Source: Raillietiella orientalis
Taxonomy: Eukaryota
Direction of reading: 5' to 3'
Length of the DNA: 64,000 bases
Assembly: GCA_036172245.1 (NCBI GenBank)
Contig: JAYWIR010000024.1
Coordinates: 1,550,001 to 1,614,000 of the forward strand
Positions 11,987-24,589 of this stretch are shown here, in pieces (position 1 is the stretch's first letter; the number at the start of each line of letters is the position of its first letter). The notes beneath the pieces are model-generated. The model was given only the letters and a program-made list of their open reading frames with translations. It had not been told where the DNA came from and did not search any database. A program made the translations under genes and the position numbers.

Positions 11987-13207
11987 CCGAAATCCCAAAG
12001 TATCAAAATTCCGAAAGATCATAAAAATAAATGGATATGTTTACCATACATATGAATATTCACATTTATATATATAATTATGTATGAATATTCACATTTA
12101 TATATATAATTATGTATACCTTTATCTATAGATCATTATAGAGTAATATATAAGATTATAAACACAAGCATATATGTGCTTATTGTGTGTATGTCTGTAT
12201 ATATATGAATTCATGTTCAAATTTATATTAACATACATATTTATTAATATTTATTAGCATACATATTACTGATAACATTAATAATGCTTATTTTATATGT
12301 ATACAGATTCGTATGTATTATAAATATTTATGAATCTGTATACATAAACATATATACATGTTTATTATATATACACTATAAAAACATACGTGTTTATTAT
12401 ATACACTGCTATTATTAATTATACTTCTATTATTAATTACACTATACACTGCTATTAACACTGCGTATTTGTATATTTAGGTATAGACTAACGTACAAAC
12501 TCATTTTCGCATACATATTTATTAATATAATTACTAATATGCATTGCTATGGACTATTAATATATATATATATAAATATAATAGATAGAAATGAATATAT
12601 AAATGTCGAATTAAAAACATATATATTTATCCAACGATCAAAATGCCGAACATTCGTCATTTCCGGCAGAAAGTTCCATTGGCTAAGCGTCGGACATGAC
12701 AGGAAAAATGAAGTGTCAAATTTCTTTTTTGTTTCTTTGATTTGTTCGTTTTTTATTTTTTTTCCACCACTTTGTATGTGCTAAGATTCCATGTTCATGC
12801 ATTCATTTCACTTCTATTCATTAATATATGTAAATATACATAAATATTCATATGACAAGCATATATATCTATTTTTACCATCTTTGATATATTAATACGT
12901 ATTATTAACTAGATGAATATATATGCGTGCTAAAATGCATGTATATTTATGTATAAATATACATAAAAGGCATATATATTTGTATTTTTATAATCCTCAC
13001 AATATCCTTATATCAATCCATATACATATATACAAATACACAATAAACGTATTACTAATGATATCAGTAAATATCCATGTTAGTACATATTAATAAATAT
13101 GCATGCTCGAGCAACTTTGCGTTTCTGTATAAATATATATTAATACACAGAGAAAGCATATGCACTTATTCTAAGATCCTCAGGCATTTTGATTTTCGGG
13201 ATTTCGG
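11987..13207. mobile_element. AT-rich non-autonomous TIR element (Mutator-like MITE candidate)
   Basis: ~55-bp imperfect TIRs (ccgaaatccc..atcaaaat.cc...gatc.ta.aataa at the left end, reverse complement at the right). AT-rich interior with a conserved ~90-bp core at ~12634-12725. Confidence 0.75.
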
Positions 13208-13209
13208 AC

Positions 13210-14300
13210 CGAGGAAACCACGGTGTTAAGGAAGTTGAGGAATTCGAGAGCCACGCCGGTCCGTTCCTCGGTCCACCAGGAATTTTCCAGCGGGAAGCAA
13301 TGTGGCTTGCCGCACGTACAGACGCGTTCTCCACTAAAATGCTCTGGTGCCGCTCAGAAGCCACGTCAGGACGGCCACCAGAAGTGGTCGCTCTTGCGCC
13401 GTGTCCCGCCAATGGTGGGGCACAGGGTGGATCGTGGGAACCGCCGTCCGCTGAACGACTCCTTTCTGTGAAACGTCCGTGCATTTCGTGTGAGATCGGC
13501 GTTCTTCCTGAGAATCGCGTGATGGACTCGGAATGCTGCACGAGTGGCCATTAGCAGTCCAGAAAAGCACCCTGTTATACGGGAGCCTTGCAATGGGATT
13601 CTCAAGGGACTGGGACATTCCGAAAGGTTTTCAATACGAACTGCTGCGGCGAACACACAGGGCTTTGACGGCGGGAGATCCACCTGCGTAATTCCTCGTG
13701 GGCCATCAAATGGTCGTCAACAGTAATGATCCGCGCACTAATGGAAACCCCGAAAGGATTTCCTAGTTCCTGCATCTTCCGTTCCCATCAACCACTATCG
13801 TGACTCACTGACACGCTCTGAGCACACCTTCCGGAAGGTGGCATTAAGAAACTGCAAAACGTTTCCCCTATCAGGCAGGCTGAACTTTCCTAGCCGAAAA
13901 GTCAAGGACAAAAACGAAAGTCTTGAGGCTGAGGAGGAGTGGGTTGCAAACGGGAAGAGCAGCATCGCCGTCGCTGACGGACATTTCCCTTTGAGCACAT
14001 CAGGGATGTGTGTGACACTGCAGCTCCTATCCAGCAAAAGAAGGCCTACAAATTTAGGCCTTCCTTCAGATTCACTCCTTCCACGTGAGGAATGGAATTT
14101 ATAGATGAAAGAAGGCAGGGAGAAAGTTTCCATGCCCTGCACTGACGGCGAACAAGCACACGAAGTGGGGGATCCGTGTTTTCGGGAAATGTGACCATCG
14201 AACACGTAAGCAAGCAATCGGTAGGGCAACTTTTAAGGCTCATTCCATGCACGCTAAGGTTCTCTTTATTTACTCGCCTGCTTTTTGTTTCTGCCGAATG
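13210..14300 (-). mobile_element. Decayed LINE ORF1 Zn-knuckle and ORF2 APE N-terminus, downstream of the tRNA-headed module
   Basis: GHISRKHGSPTSCAC..GH (knuckle-like, ~14130-14200) and RVLFWTANG (APE W-N-x-x-G-like, ~13550-13575), on the same strand as the module. Confidence 0.4.
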
Positions 14301-14499
14301 ACTGCCTGCTAAGACGAAAAGTCTTCCCGGCTATTCTTTGAGAAAAATTTCCGAGGTGGTCCGACAAAACCTGCCAATTCCTTGTTTGCAGTTGCTACTT
14401 GTTAGCTGAGAAAGTGAAAACCGATGAATAAGCTTTCCGATCCTGCTCGGAGGGAAGTCAAATCAAAGGCTACTCGTTGCAAACAAAGAGTTTAGAACG

Positions 14500-15496
14500 C
14501 TCATGATGATGGAAATCCTTTTCTGTCTTCTCTGTCTTTGCTGTTTTTTCCCTTCCAGCTTTTTTTTTTTTTCTTTCGGGTTTTATTTTTTTTGGTTCAC
14601 CAAGTACCCCAAGAGCCGGTCGCATGCCTCGCGACACGCATTTGGCTCTTTAACACCACGCCACCCGCGGAGGGTGCGCGTAATCCTTCAAGATATGGGG
14701 CACCCCGGAAGGCGGGGGTCCGCCCTATGAATCCAGGAAGGGCTCGGAGTCCGTTCCTCTCACGCTAGGGGAGGGATCCACCCGGGAGGGGGGGGGATCG
14801 CACCTCCCACCCTGGATGTCTCCGAAGGGGAAGCCTGGAGGGAATCTCCTTCCTCACTCTCTCCGGAGGGACACCCATCGGGAGGGGTGGGGAGTCCTCT
14901 CCATTTCTCTTCTCCGAAGGGAACCCGGAAAGGATCCGCTAGTAGGAATTTCTTCTCCGGAGAGAGCCCGCAAGGGAACCGCTCCTGTTCAATCCTATGA
15001 AGAGAACCCCCAAGAGACGCTTCCGAAATTTCTCAGAAGGGGCGCTGCAGCTTCCCGCAGGGTGATCGCTGTTGCTTGCTTCCTTGCACTCTCTGGAGAG
15101 GCAGCGACTCGGAGAGTCCCCCCCACAACAGGGGGGAGTCTGCTCCTTTAAACAACTGGAGAGGTGTCTGTGAAGGCTCCTTCTCCATCTTGAAACCGGA
15201 GGGATCCCTCCGGTGTGGGGGGGTCCGCTCTCCGTTGTACGACCGGAGGGGGAACTCCCCACTCCTTGATTCCTGGAAGGACCCGAAGGTCGACTCCCAT
15301 TGCTCCGACCGTCATCGGGGGCCTCCGGCTTAAACCACCATCGGTGCCACGCCCGAATGATGAGGCCAACCAGCGCCATTGCAGGAGAAACCCGGAACTC
15401 AACGACGCAGTGGCGTCACTTTCTTCCGGAGTATTCGAACCCGCGACGCATGGTGCCACGCGCGGAAGCCTTAACCACACAGCCTCCGACGCGGGC
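14500..15496 (-). mobile_element. tRNA(His)-headed GC-rich module (LINE 5' UTR / SINE-like), full copy
   Basis: A-box-like ggctgtgtggttaagg and B-box ggttcgaatac (15431-15441 rc). Collinear with 32967-33770. Ends in an A-rich tail ggtgaaccaaaa...gctggaaggg...atg that is shared with 52890-52950 and 58980-59080. Confidence 0.85.
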
Positions 15497-16580
15497 AAGA
15501 GGCCTCTACTGGGGCTTAGAGGCCAGTTGTTGTTTTTTTTTTTGGAAGAGGAGGGGGGGTACCTTAGACTAGCATCAGAGATTCACATTCGCACACCAGG
15601 GATTTTTTCCACATTCATGAACGGTCCCTTACGGAGGTGACCAACGAGTTCCACTCAGCCGTTACGGTCACAGAAAAACATAAAATTCGATCGCCTCGTT
15701 CATCGGACGGATGTGGATAGAATCTGCCATAGGACTGGCACGTCGGGAACCATCAGTGTGCAAAGTGTGGAAAGAGTGAAGCAGAAAACCTCCAGAACGA
15801 GAGCACCTTGGAACCGAAGCGGACGCGAGTGAACAGTTCGTCAACTTCAGTTGTGTCATGCCCAGATGTGGAAGATGAAGCACACTCGCCTCTGATGGAT
15901 AAGGAAACTGTGAGGCAAAGGAGATGGACTCCCGAAAACGAATGGAGCTCCCAGCTTCCTCGACGACCATACACTTCGAAGGCACAATCTAAAGACCCAC
16001 CGATAAGTCTAAGCTAGCCGGCAAGTCTACTGTTTCTGAAGTACAGCGTGCGTCTGAATTTCTGCACACATCGAAAGGTGAAACTCCCAGCAGGAATTGC
16101 GATGAAAAGCCTCTACATCGATCCTTGCAAGCTGAGACGCACATGTGTCACGCAAACAGACGAGGAGCTGAGGATCAAAGGATTTGTGCTCGGAAGAACA
16201 AGGAGCCGTGACCCTTCCTTGGAGCAAAACTTGACATTGCACTGTGCCTTCAAGAAAATGACTCGTCTTTCCCTATTTCCCTCGCATGACACGCTTGCAG
16301 GAAAACCACTTTTGAAGGAATACCAACAGCGCATTGACGATCACCAACATAGTTCCAAGGTGGACACCTGCGTCACACTTTTCCTGCTCGAAGTGACCAT
16401 TATGGTTTGGCGAGGCACTGTCACAGGCACCGCGGTAACATCCGAATAACTTCTTCTATCCGCCACCACTTCCAAATGTTTCTCATTCGAGCTGAATTTG
16501 GAAACCTGCAGGTTTAGATGGAACCATTTCTCGTTGCACACACTGAAATCGAACGCGCTGAAATAGGTCCAATTACAGCA

Positions 16581-16984
16581 CAGTGAGCCCCCGTATAACG
16601 CTAGACACACGTTATACGAGTTTCATAAGCCATAGATGGATAATGTGAGAGTATCTGTAAGAGATACTCACTTTGAAGAGTGAAGTAAACATTCTATTGC
16701 TACAACAACGTTTTCAGATACACTTTGAAGAGATAAATTAGAAGTATTCATTTGTTATTTAACTTGAAAGCTTTTCGAGTTTCCTTGAAATTTAATCAAT
16801 TCTGTAGTTCCGCCTCTATCATTCGCGTTGTTGGACAGTTTAATCTGCTTAAATCACGTGTTCATGTTCATTTTAACCGGCACGACAGTACGACGTCGTA
16901 CACGACTGACTTGCCGCGTTATACGAGGACTGTTTCCAATTTTCCGTCCGTCGCATTATACGAGTGCTGGACATTATACCACTG
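16581..16984. mobile_element. Older Tigger-like MITE with CGTATAACG terminal/subterminal repeats
   Basis: Starts cagtgagcccccgtataacg. The right part has cgcgttatacgaggactg and cattatacgag...ccactg. Related sequence occurs at 24590-24735 and 39942-40820. Confidence 0.6.
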
Positions 16985-17857
16985 GACACGGGGGAGCTGC
17001 TGCACTTAACTGATTAGCTAGTGGATGATTTGTTTCCCCACACGTGGGCAAATGCGGTCCACGAGATTTTGAAGCCGGATACATAAGCGCCAGCGAATCT
17101 GTAGCGAGCAAAATGTTGCATTCGTGAGATAAAGTCATAATCAGAAGCTGTGCCCGAGATGAAAGGCGGAAGTCTCGGGAAAGCATGGAGGCGAGACAAC
17201 TCGACCTTTCCAGCGGCAAGAACAAAAGCGGAACGCTTGTAAAACCGGACTTTGTCGTTTAAAGTTCATTTCGCAGGGAACAAGTCAAGAGGTGCATGAG
17301 CAAAAAGAATCCAAGTTTTCCTTCTGTGTTAGAAGGGCTAACCAATCCTGCACGGATTCCGCCGTTCGGAACTCTTTCCCATGCTCTATCGGGAAGCGGC
17401 GAAGCACTGGAAATGAGCGTTTCGAACAAGCAACGGACAGCCGGGACCTCAGCAGGTGGGGCAGAGTGTCTTCGGAGGAAGACGTCCGCTGCAGAAAACA
17501 TTCAGACGTGAAAATTCGTGTTTCCTTCGCAAGGGACGTCGGTCCCTATTCGGTCGGAACTTTTCCCTCGGTTAAAAACCCGAGGGAAAAGTTCCAGCAG
17601 CCGATCTCACTGCTGCGTGAAGGCGAACCAGGTGCTTTCCGGAGCCACGAGAGAGGATCGCCTCCGGCTGCTGAATATGTGCACCTAAGCAGTTACAACG
17701 CGGCTTTTCGATCTCGAGGTGCCGTCGCCGGGAGAAACAACGGGTCTCCAACAAGTCGATCGGGGCAAAGTTCAATCACAGGCACGCACAATCACATCGC
17801 CACCGCTCTTCGAGGTGTTCGCCAGTGATCTAAGAGTGAACTCCAAAACATACGTAC

Positions 17858-17928
17858 GGAACGCAGAAGTCCGCCCACGTCTTCGACCCCACCGTGATGT
17901 TCTTGATGCCCTGATTCAAGTTTGAAAT
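17858..17928 (-). CDS. Patched/NPC1-like exon 3 (ISNLNQGIKNITVGSKTWADFCV-P)
   Basis: 50-bp upstream intron GTAAGT...ttcccAG; donor GTACGT. Carries the W.D.C motif. Phases 0 and 2 fit both neighbouring exons. Confidence 0.85.
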
Positions 17929-17978
17929 CTGGGAAGGAGAGCAAGGTCACAGAAACTCGTCCAGGTACTCCAACTTAC

Positions 17979-18222
17979 GAATACAAGAACAGCAGGGTCG
18001 AACACGTTGTCCGCAGTCAGCAGCACAACTTCGCGCTTGAAGGTTGCGAAGTTTTTCTTGATCCACTCGGCATTCGATCTAACCGGAGAACCTGGAGGGA
18101 TCCACAGGTTCAAGTGGTCCGTCTCCTTATGGAAGAAGATGTTCCCGCTTCCAAAGAGGCCGCACAGCAGTAAGGGCAACAGGAGGAAAGTGTAAGGCCA
18201 ATCGCTTGCTGCAACCCCAATC
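17979..18222 (-). CDS. Patched/NPC1-like exon 2 (IGVAASDWPYTFLLLPLLLCGLFGSG...LWIPPGS...LLTADNVFDPAVLVF)
   Basis: Polypyrimidine-aag acceptor and GTAAGT donor. TM1 is followed by LW.P..S and ADNV motifs of the Patched-family luminal loop. 1 nt + 81 codons, no stops. Confidence 0.88.
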
Positions 18223-18882
18223 CTTGGAGAGTGGAAGAAAAATTTGGAACTTGAGTCGGCACAGCGGAGTTCCGTCTTTCTTTTTTTTTTTAAAAAAAAG
18301 AAAGGAAAAGGTTTCCCAACAAGGGAAACAGTCGTCGCAGGTACTGGGGACATTTCTTTCTGTACACATCCACACACGCTTTGATCGCAACATCAGGAAG
18401 GTGTACCCGGGGCCAACTCGAACTCGACAGCATCCAGGATGTGAAAACCATCCCTTGCAGCAAAGCCAAATTTTCGTGGATGGGGTGCATCGAAGTTTGT
18501 CCCTCCCTTGAGAGCCTTAATTTTCCGGGTGAAATTTTCTCCCTTCTCTCCTCCACGGTTCCCTCTTTTAAATCTAATATTAGCATTCGATATGTGTGAA
18601 ACTAGCATTCTAAAACGACACAGATTGGAAATTTTGCGTCCTCCTGATTCATCGAAGAATGCCTGGGAGCACTGATTCCTGGCGCTGAGGGGAAAATCAG
18701 GCTGCTGCTAAACATGAGAACAAAGAAAGAAAGAAAAAAAACAGAGAATGCATTGTGAAACAAAGGAACGCAAACATCGAGAGGGCAACAGTTCTCCAAG
18801 GTCCGTGTCTCTCCCCCTAAGTCCCCATAGATTCATCGCGTGATGTCGTCCTCGTATCCAGAAAGCGCAACAAGAATAAAAA

Positions 18883-20643
18883 ATGGAAATGAGCGACGAC
18901 GAGCCGATTGAAGAGCCTGGGGAGTTCCGACTCGGCACGCAACCACGGTGGGCAACCTACTTTCCCCACACACCTTTCCTGCAGTCACTGGCCGGCCGCG
19001 GAAGGCCGGATCCGCGAACACAGGGTGAGCCACTTAAAGCCCACGATAGGCCTTCAAGCCCAGTCTCTGGGGAAGAAAGGATCGAAGCAGGCCGGTTTTA
19101 AGTTGCCCACGCTGCACAATCGAACTTCCCCGAGCGCCCGGCAGGAACGACTGCACAAACGTGACCTAGCAGACCCCCAAAGTTCTTCCGATAATTTCGA
19201 AGATCGCCGTGCTGGATCACCGAATGCAAACTCCTTAGCGAGGATTTTCGATCGTGGATAAACATATGCCTGGGCCGTCCGCCCAATTGGATTTGTCACA
19301 GCAGAGAGAAGAATCGTTTCCGAGAAGACATCCACCTGAGAAATCATGGAAAGCCGGATGATGTGCAACCAGCATGGCAACCAAATCATGTGCAACCACC
19401 GGGTGAGCAGCTTGGTTCGAAAGAGAGCGTGAATGGAGAGAAAATCCCGACCGGTGAGTTGTTTCCGAAGGGAACCTCTTCCCTTGAACAGGGAGGTCCC
19501 GCGTCCGGTTGAAAGACTTGTGTGCTCCGCGAAAGCAAAGTGGACTAGGTCTCCTTACTCTGGAGCCGATAAACCGTCAGCTCTAAAGCAGAAGACTCGC
19601 CCTTGGGGCAAAATTATGGACCACGCCTTGATGCGCGCCTGCACGCCTCCTCGCCAGAAGAGCAACCGGCTGCGAGGGACGTTCTTCGGGCCTCGTAGCC
19701 AACCACACCAGCTGGAGGCAATGTGGCCTTCAGCTGCGTGAAGTGCTTGCCTTGGTGCAGAACACCTGCATCTCCTGCGTGCTCGCGAATCGCACTGCCT
19801 GGCTCCAGGAGTCAAGTTTCCTCATGCGGAAACATCGAGCCAAGCGGAATACGCCTGCTTCCGCAAAGGACGGCACGCTCGACAGCCACTGCAAGAGATC
19901 GTGTGCAGCCCACGCAAGCTGCTCTGGGCACCGTTCTTGCCCCAGGACTGCGGGCCCTTCCTAAGGGAATCAAGGGATAGCAACCTTCCGGAAAGGTGGG
20001 AAGTGAACTGCAGCATTGCAGGAAACAAAGAATGCTAAGTGCGTGCACAACTCAGCAGGTCACGGTCGCTGCGACCCCGAGTGTCCCATCGAAAGCACTG
20101 TCACGCTAAGGCGAGCTGCTCGCAATACTTCCGGAAGAGGTGAAGCAGCCCCCAGCGTGTTGGAATCGTAGCATACCCCCCCCCCTCCTCCCCGTCGAGT
20201 GTCGGGGATCGGCGCTGCAGATGTTGCATGAGCGAATCCCGTGCAAAGCGCGCCTTCACCACTGGATACACGGGGGAGCGTAGACGCTCAGATGTGGGAA
20301 GAAGGAGATCCTCCCGCACCTGCTGGTGGACTGTCCGTCTCCTTTGGGATCGTCTCTCGATGATCCTAGGAACTCCTAGGAAGGCGAACCCAGGGACTTA
20401 TTTCGACGCCTCTTCATGCGTGCCGCTCTGCCGCCAGCCTCGTCCTTGTCAGTTCTCTGCTGCATCCGCGGAATCGTGGCGGCGTGGAAGGCCAGTAGAA
20501 GCGGCCTAAGTGGAAGGGACGCCATCCACTGGGCGAGAATCTTCTTGAAGACCGCCTCGAGATGGCCCCACTTGGACGAGACACGGACAGAACTTGCCAG
20601 CATCCTGAGCAGGATGATGAGGAGGTCTCCCAGCAAAACGTGA
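18883..20643 (+). pseudogene. Tentative MCM8/MCM-family relic nested antisense in the first coding intron of the Patched-like gene
   Basis: Collinear weak motifs: WATYFP, MDHALMRACTP...LRGTF...LEAM, VTVAATP, PRDLFRR...LSGRDAIHWARIF...LASILSRMMRRS. One frame across 18908-19741 has only 3 internal stops. No Walker A/B motifs seen. Confidence 0.33.
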
Positions 20644-21584
20644 CCCCATACTCGGTTCCCTCTTCGATGAAACTTTTCCTCTCGTTTTTCCCTTCCCCGT
20701 CGCTGTGAAAAAGGACCTCGCCGGTCTACGTACCGGCCGTGGCATGTTCCGAGCACGTGATGCAACTAAGTGTTCCATCACACTTGAACATTTCAGTCGC
20801 ACTTTTATTATTGTGTTTTTTTTTTTATAATAAATGCCCCGTCAAAACCGGGTGGAAAACACCAACCTGTGGGTTTGGACGAGCAAACCAATCCTCTTCC
20901 TGAAAACCAGAGAGCAACGCTGTCAGCATCTACTTTTGCCATTGGATGAAGAAGGAAAGAGCGTAAAAGAGAAAATGAAACATCGGAAACCACGAGGGGG
21001 GAGGGGCACGCTCTTCAATCACGGGAAGCGCAGGAAAGTGCCTGGAAAGGTGTGCTGATGGCGCAGCAGACTCCAGAAAGTTCCGCCCAACCCGAGAAGC
21101 GATTTATGAGATGGTTTTCCCACTAAAGGATGAACGAACAAATACAAACAGGTGCGTGTGGATTGAGAAACGGAGATCCTCCTCGTACGACGACAACAAA
21201 CAAGCTCAATGATTCGCTGGAGCCAAGAAATCGGTCGAAGGACATGCAGACTAAATTTCCAACTCCGCTGGACTCTTTTTGCAGCAGAATGATGTTGCAA
21301 GAAAAAGACACAAATACGTCAAGGTTCAAGAGGAACAAGCAGCGCCAACGAAATTCAGTGAGGTTCTTGTCGCACCAGGATGTGGGTCACCAGCTCTTCC
21401 TCTTCGGCCGCACGAGAGAAGATTCGGTTCAAATGACGCAAAGATGAGCACGGCGGCCGCAGAGGAATCGACAAACTCATTTGAATAATAGCGTTCCGCG
21501 CGGAATGTTTTCCAGGATACTTGCATTTCTCAGCGGTTGAATTCCGGGATTTCCCGAATTCCTGATGTGTTTTGAAGACCAACG

Positions 21585-21935
21585 GAGTCCCCCTGTTGCG
21601 GAGGATCTGCTCCTTGGAACAACTGGAGAGGTGCCCGTGAGGGCTCCTGCTCCATGTCGAAACCGGAAGGGTGCCCCCGCTGAGGGGGGTCCCCTCCATC
21701 GAACAACTAGGAGAGATGCCCGCGAGGGCTCCTGGTCCATGCTGAAACCGGAAGGGTCCCCCGGTGAGGGGGGTCCGCTGTCCGTTGCACGACCGGAGGC
21801 GGAACTCCCCAATCCTTTATTCCTGGAAGGACCCGAAGGTCGACTCCCATTGTTCCGGCCTTCATCGGGGGCCTCCGGCTTAAACCACCCCCGGTGCCAC
21901 GCCCGAATGTCTCGTCCAGCCAGCGCCATTGCAGG
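21585..21935 (-). mobile_element. Internal fragment of the tRNA-headed module with an ~85-bp tandem duplication
   Basis: High identity to 15150-15385. The unit aacaac..gagag..gccc..gagggctcctg..ccatg..gaaaccggaaggg occurs twice (~21618-21700 and ~21703-21780). Confidence 0.85.
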
Positions 21936-23529
21936 ACAATCACGCAAACAAGACTGTTAAATTGTGCAAATAACAGTTAAGGACTTGCGAGGAGCACTAG
22001 CAGCAAACAGGGACCCCGAAAGACAACATCCAACGCACATCAGACGAAGGTTAAAAAAAAAGACACAAGGAAATGCGTGGGGAAATGGGTCCATGTCGGC
22101 TTTCTCCAGAACGATATCGGACCTGGATTGCGTCAAATTCTGAGCTGAGATCCTCCGCCAAACCCTAACAGTCGCTTTCTGCTTTTCCTTTTGCATTCAT
22201 TTTGCCGTTTGCTCCCGTTTAACAAGAGCTATTTCCCGCACGATCTTCGTCCTTCTGTGACAGAGCACCAAAGTCGCAGGGTTTCCCCTCCTCGACAATT
22301 TCGTGTTCTTGCGTGCCTGAACCCACGATGTGCACAGCAGACTACGCCACAGGGACAGCACTTGGGGACAACTGTCTACAGCCACAGTGCTTTCACGCTG
22401 CGCCCCCTTCCCAACGTTATGGACAACGTGTTTCGACGAGAAATATCAGGAGGTAACCTGGCAACTTGACGGGTTCTTCGAAAAATTACAGGCCGCCTAG
22501 GCTTCCGTCGCGGAATTCTTCAGTGCAAGAACTCTAAATGGAGACTGACCACGATTTCAGACCGACCTGGGAACACTCCCTCGCTTCCCACACGCGCGAA
22601 TACAAGAGACAGTAGTGAATGCAATGGAAACTTGCTGCCGGTGGCAGTGCAGCAACCTTCCATGCCACTGCCATTGCCTTTCGAGAAGCTGGACGAAGAG
22701 AAAAAGAGGTACCATTCTGGGGAAAGAAGTTTGGGCTGGTAATGCGCTTCATGAGAAGTGCAATCCAAAGTTCTCTTCTACGGCTTTACTCGCTAAGGCA
22801 AGAGGAGCGCTTGTGCAATTCTAGGAGATCGCTAAAAAATATAAAAGCCTGGTTGCGACGGGCAACCCCCAACTAAATCCTTGATTTCCAGTGTCTTGAG
22901 TGCACTTTCAGGGATTCGGCTCCTGCGCTTTGTTCTTATTCTTATTACTTCCGACCCTTGTGGATCCACGTAAGGTTTTGGTCCATCAGGGAGCAATTGA
23001 TTCAATTACAGATTCTCGACGGGCTTCAAAAGCACGGAGCAGGACAGGAGAGGGCAGGGGAGGAATAACAAAGCTTTTCCGAATGGGATCGGAACTGGGG
23101 CGGCAATCCTGCTTCAGCTCCCTCCGCTCTCAGCTTCTCAATTCACGCCAAAGCTTCGCACCCCTTCGAAAACTCGATTTTATTCTCCCGAACAGCGAAT
23201 CCTTGGATGTTCAAGGTGGATGGAACCACCTGTGTTCCAAGAACGCGGCGATCCCGATATTTGAATTCAGCGATTAGCACAAGGAAGATCGGCATGGGGA
23301 ACCAAAACAGCTCTTCGTCCTTGCAATTCCGGATGAAGATTCGCCTTCCCCTTTCCGAAAGAAAAGGCGACAAGACACGTGCTGTCACCACCTGCCCACT
23401 TTGGTCAGCTGAAAACGGAGAAGAAAAGTTCAGGGAAAGGAAAAACGTGGATGAGCGCCAGCTGTTCCCTCTTGACGATCGAGCAACACCAATTGCGACC
23501 TTCATGCTAGCTAATGAAATCACTCTAAC

Positions 23530-23633
23530 CTGTAGAACATTTCCTGGAGGAAGTTCTGGAACAGGGAGCTGACCTTCTGCAATTTCTCCCCCAGAAGACT
23601 CCAGCGAAAGCTCGCGTAGGAATCATCCTCCAT
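23530..23633 (-). CDS. Patched-domain/NPC1-like SSD protein, first coding exon (MEDDSYASFRWSLLGEKLQKVSSLFQNFLQEMFY-R)
   Basis: ATG lies 3 nt after a ttgtttcag acceptor. The exon ends AG|GTTAGA (phase 2), matching the phase-2 start of the exon at 18222. 'LQEMFYR-IG' is the typical lead-in to TM1 of Patched-related proteins. Confidence 0.8.
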
Positions 23634-24589
23634 GATCTGAAACAAACAGAGATTCAGAAGTTGTCCTGAGAAACTCCCAGGAGAGAGAGAAGCCACCAGC
23701 AGATTTCTTATCGTTAAGAGTGGTGTTCAATCCGCCAAGGACGCAGGCCACTCGCTACGCGCGTCGCCTGCTGACCGCTGCAGACGGCCTCGTCTCTCAG
23801 CTGACCTTTCTCTTCTACGGGACTGTTTCCGTCACAGCGACAAGAGAACCCGTGAACACTGACAAGGCGACAATAAGCGAGCCCATTTTCTAACGACAGT
23901 TCATCGTAGGTGGCCCTGCGTGCCTGCAGAAGGCCAGATGGGGGGGGGGAGACCCCAAGTGATTGCACGTATCGTTGCCCTTTCCACCTGAAGCATGCTC
24001 GCATCCCGACTACTGTTTGCACCTCAGAACCGAACCGAATCTCAAACGCGCAGGTTCCTCACGACGAGGGCACGCAGCCTCCAAGTCCCCGAAGTGGACG
24101 GACGTGTCGGGGAGGGGGGGGGACTGCTCGAGCAAAGGATCGCACTCGTGACCTTTAAGAGAGCGCTGAACCGAGATGTCTTTAAGGGTTGCGTGGAGGA
24201 GGTGCGCCGGACCACCGTGTCGCGCGGATTCGTGTGACGCGACGAAAGAATGACGACAGCCCTCCTTGGGAGCAGTCGATCAGGCCCCGTACGACGTTGT
24301 ACTGCAGTACAGTTTTCTGCAGCGGGGTTAGTCCAGCTGTTTTTGAAAACAGTACCAACAAACGATTTAAGTAGATCGAATTCTATTCCCTTCGAACTTT
24401 CGTGGATAGAATAGCGCCAAGAAGATGCATTCGTTGGCAACGAGAATGATAGCGCGGAGACTATAGAAGCGTTGCAATACAAATGGAAAATGCATGGATG
24501 AAATGTCAGCAAAGCAATAAAAGGTTTTTTTTTTAAAAAAAAAAAAAAAAAAAAATCAAGTTGACTAATAATAATATATTTTTTTCGTG

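Noticed and set aside
14939..15379. Recurring ORFs (MALVGLIIRAWHRWWFKPEAP...) in module copies
   Set aside because: The frames are not preserved between copies (indels are not multiples of 3), so the similarity only reflects DNA repeat identity.
19054..20765. Minus-strand hAT/Harbinger-like words (TRW, CWLH)
   Set aside because: The motifs are isolated and not in a consistent order. The plus-strand MCM-like reading is more collinear, though also tentative.
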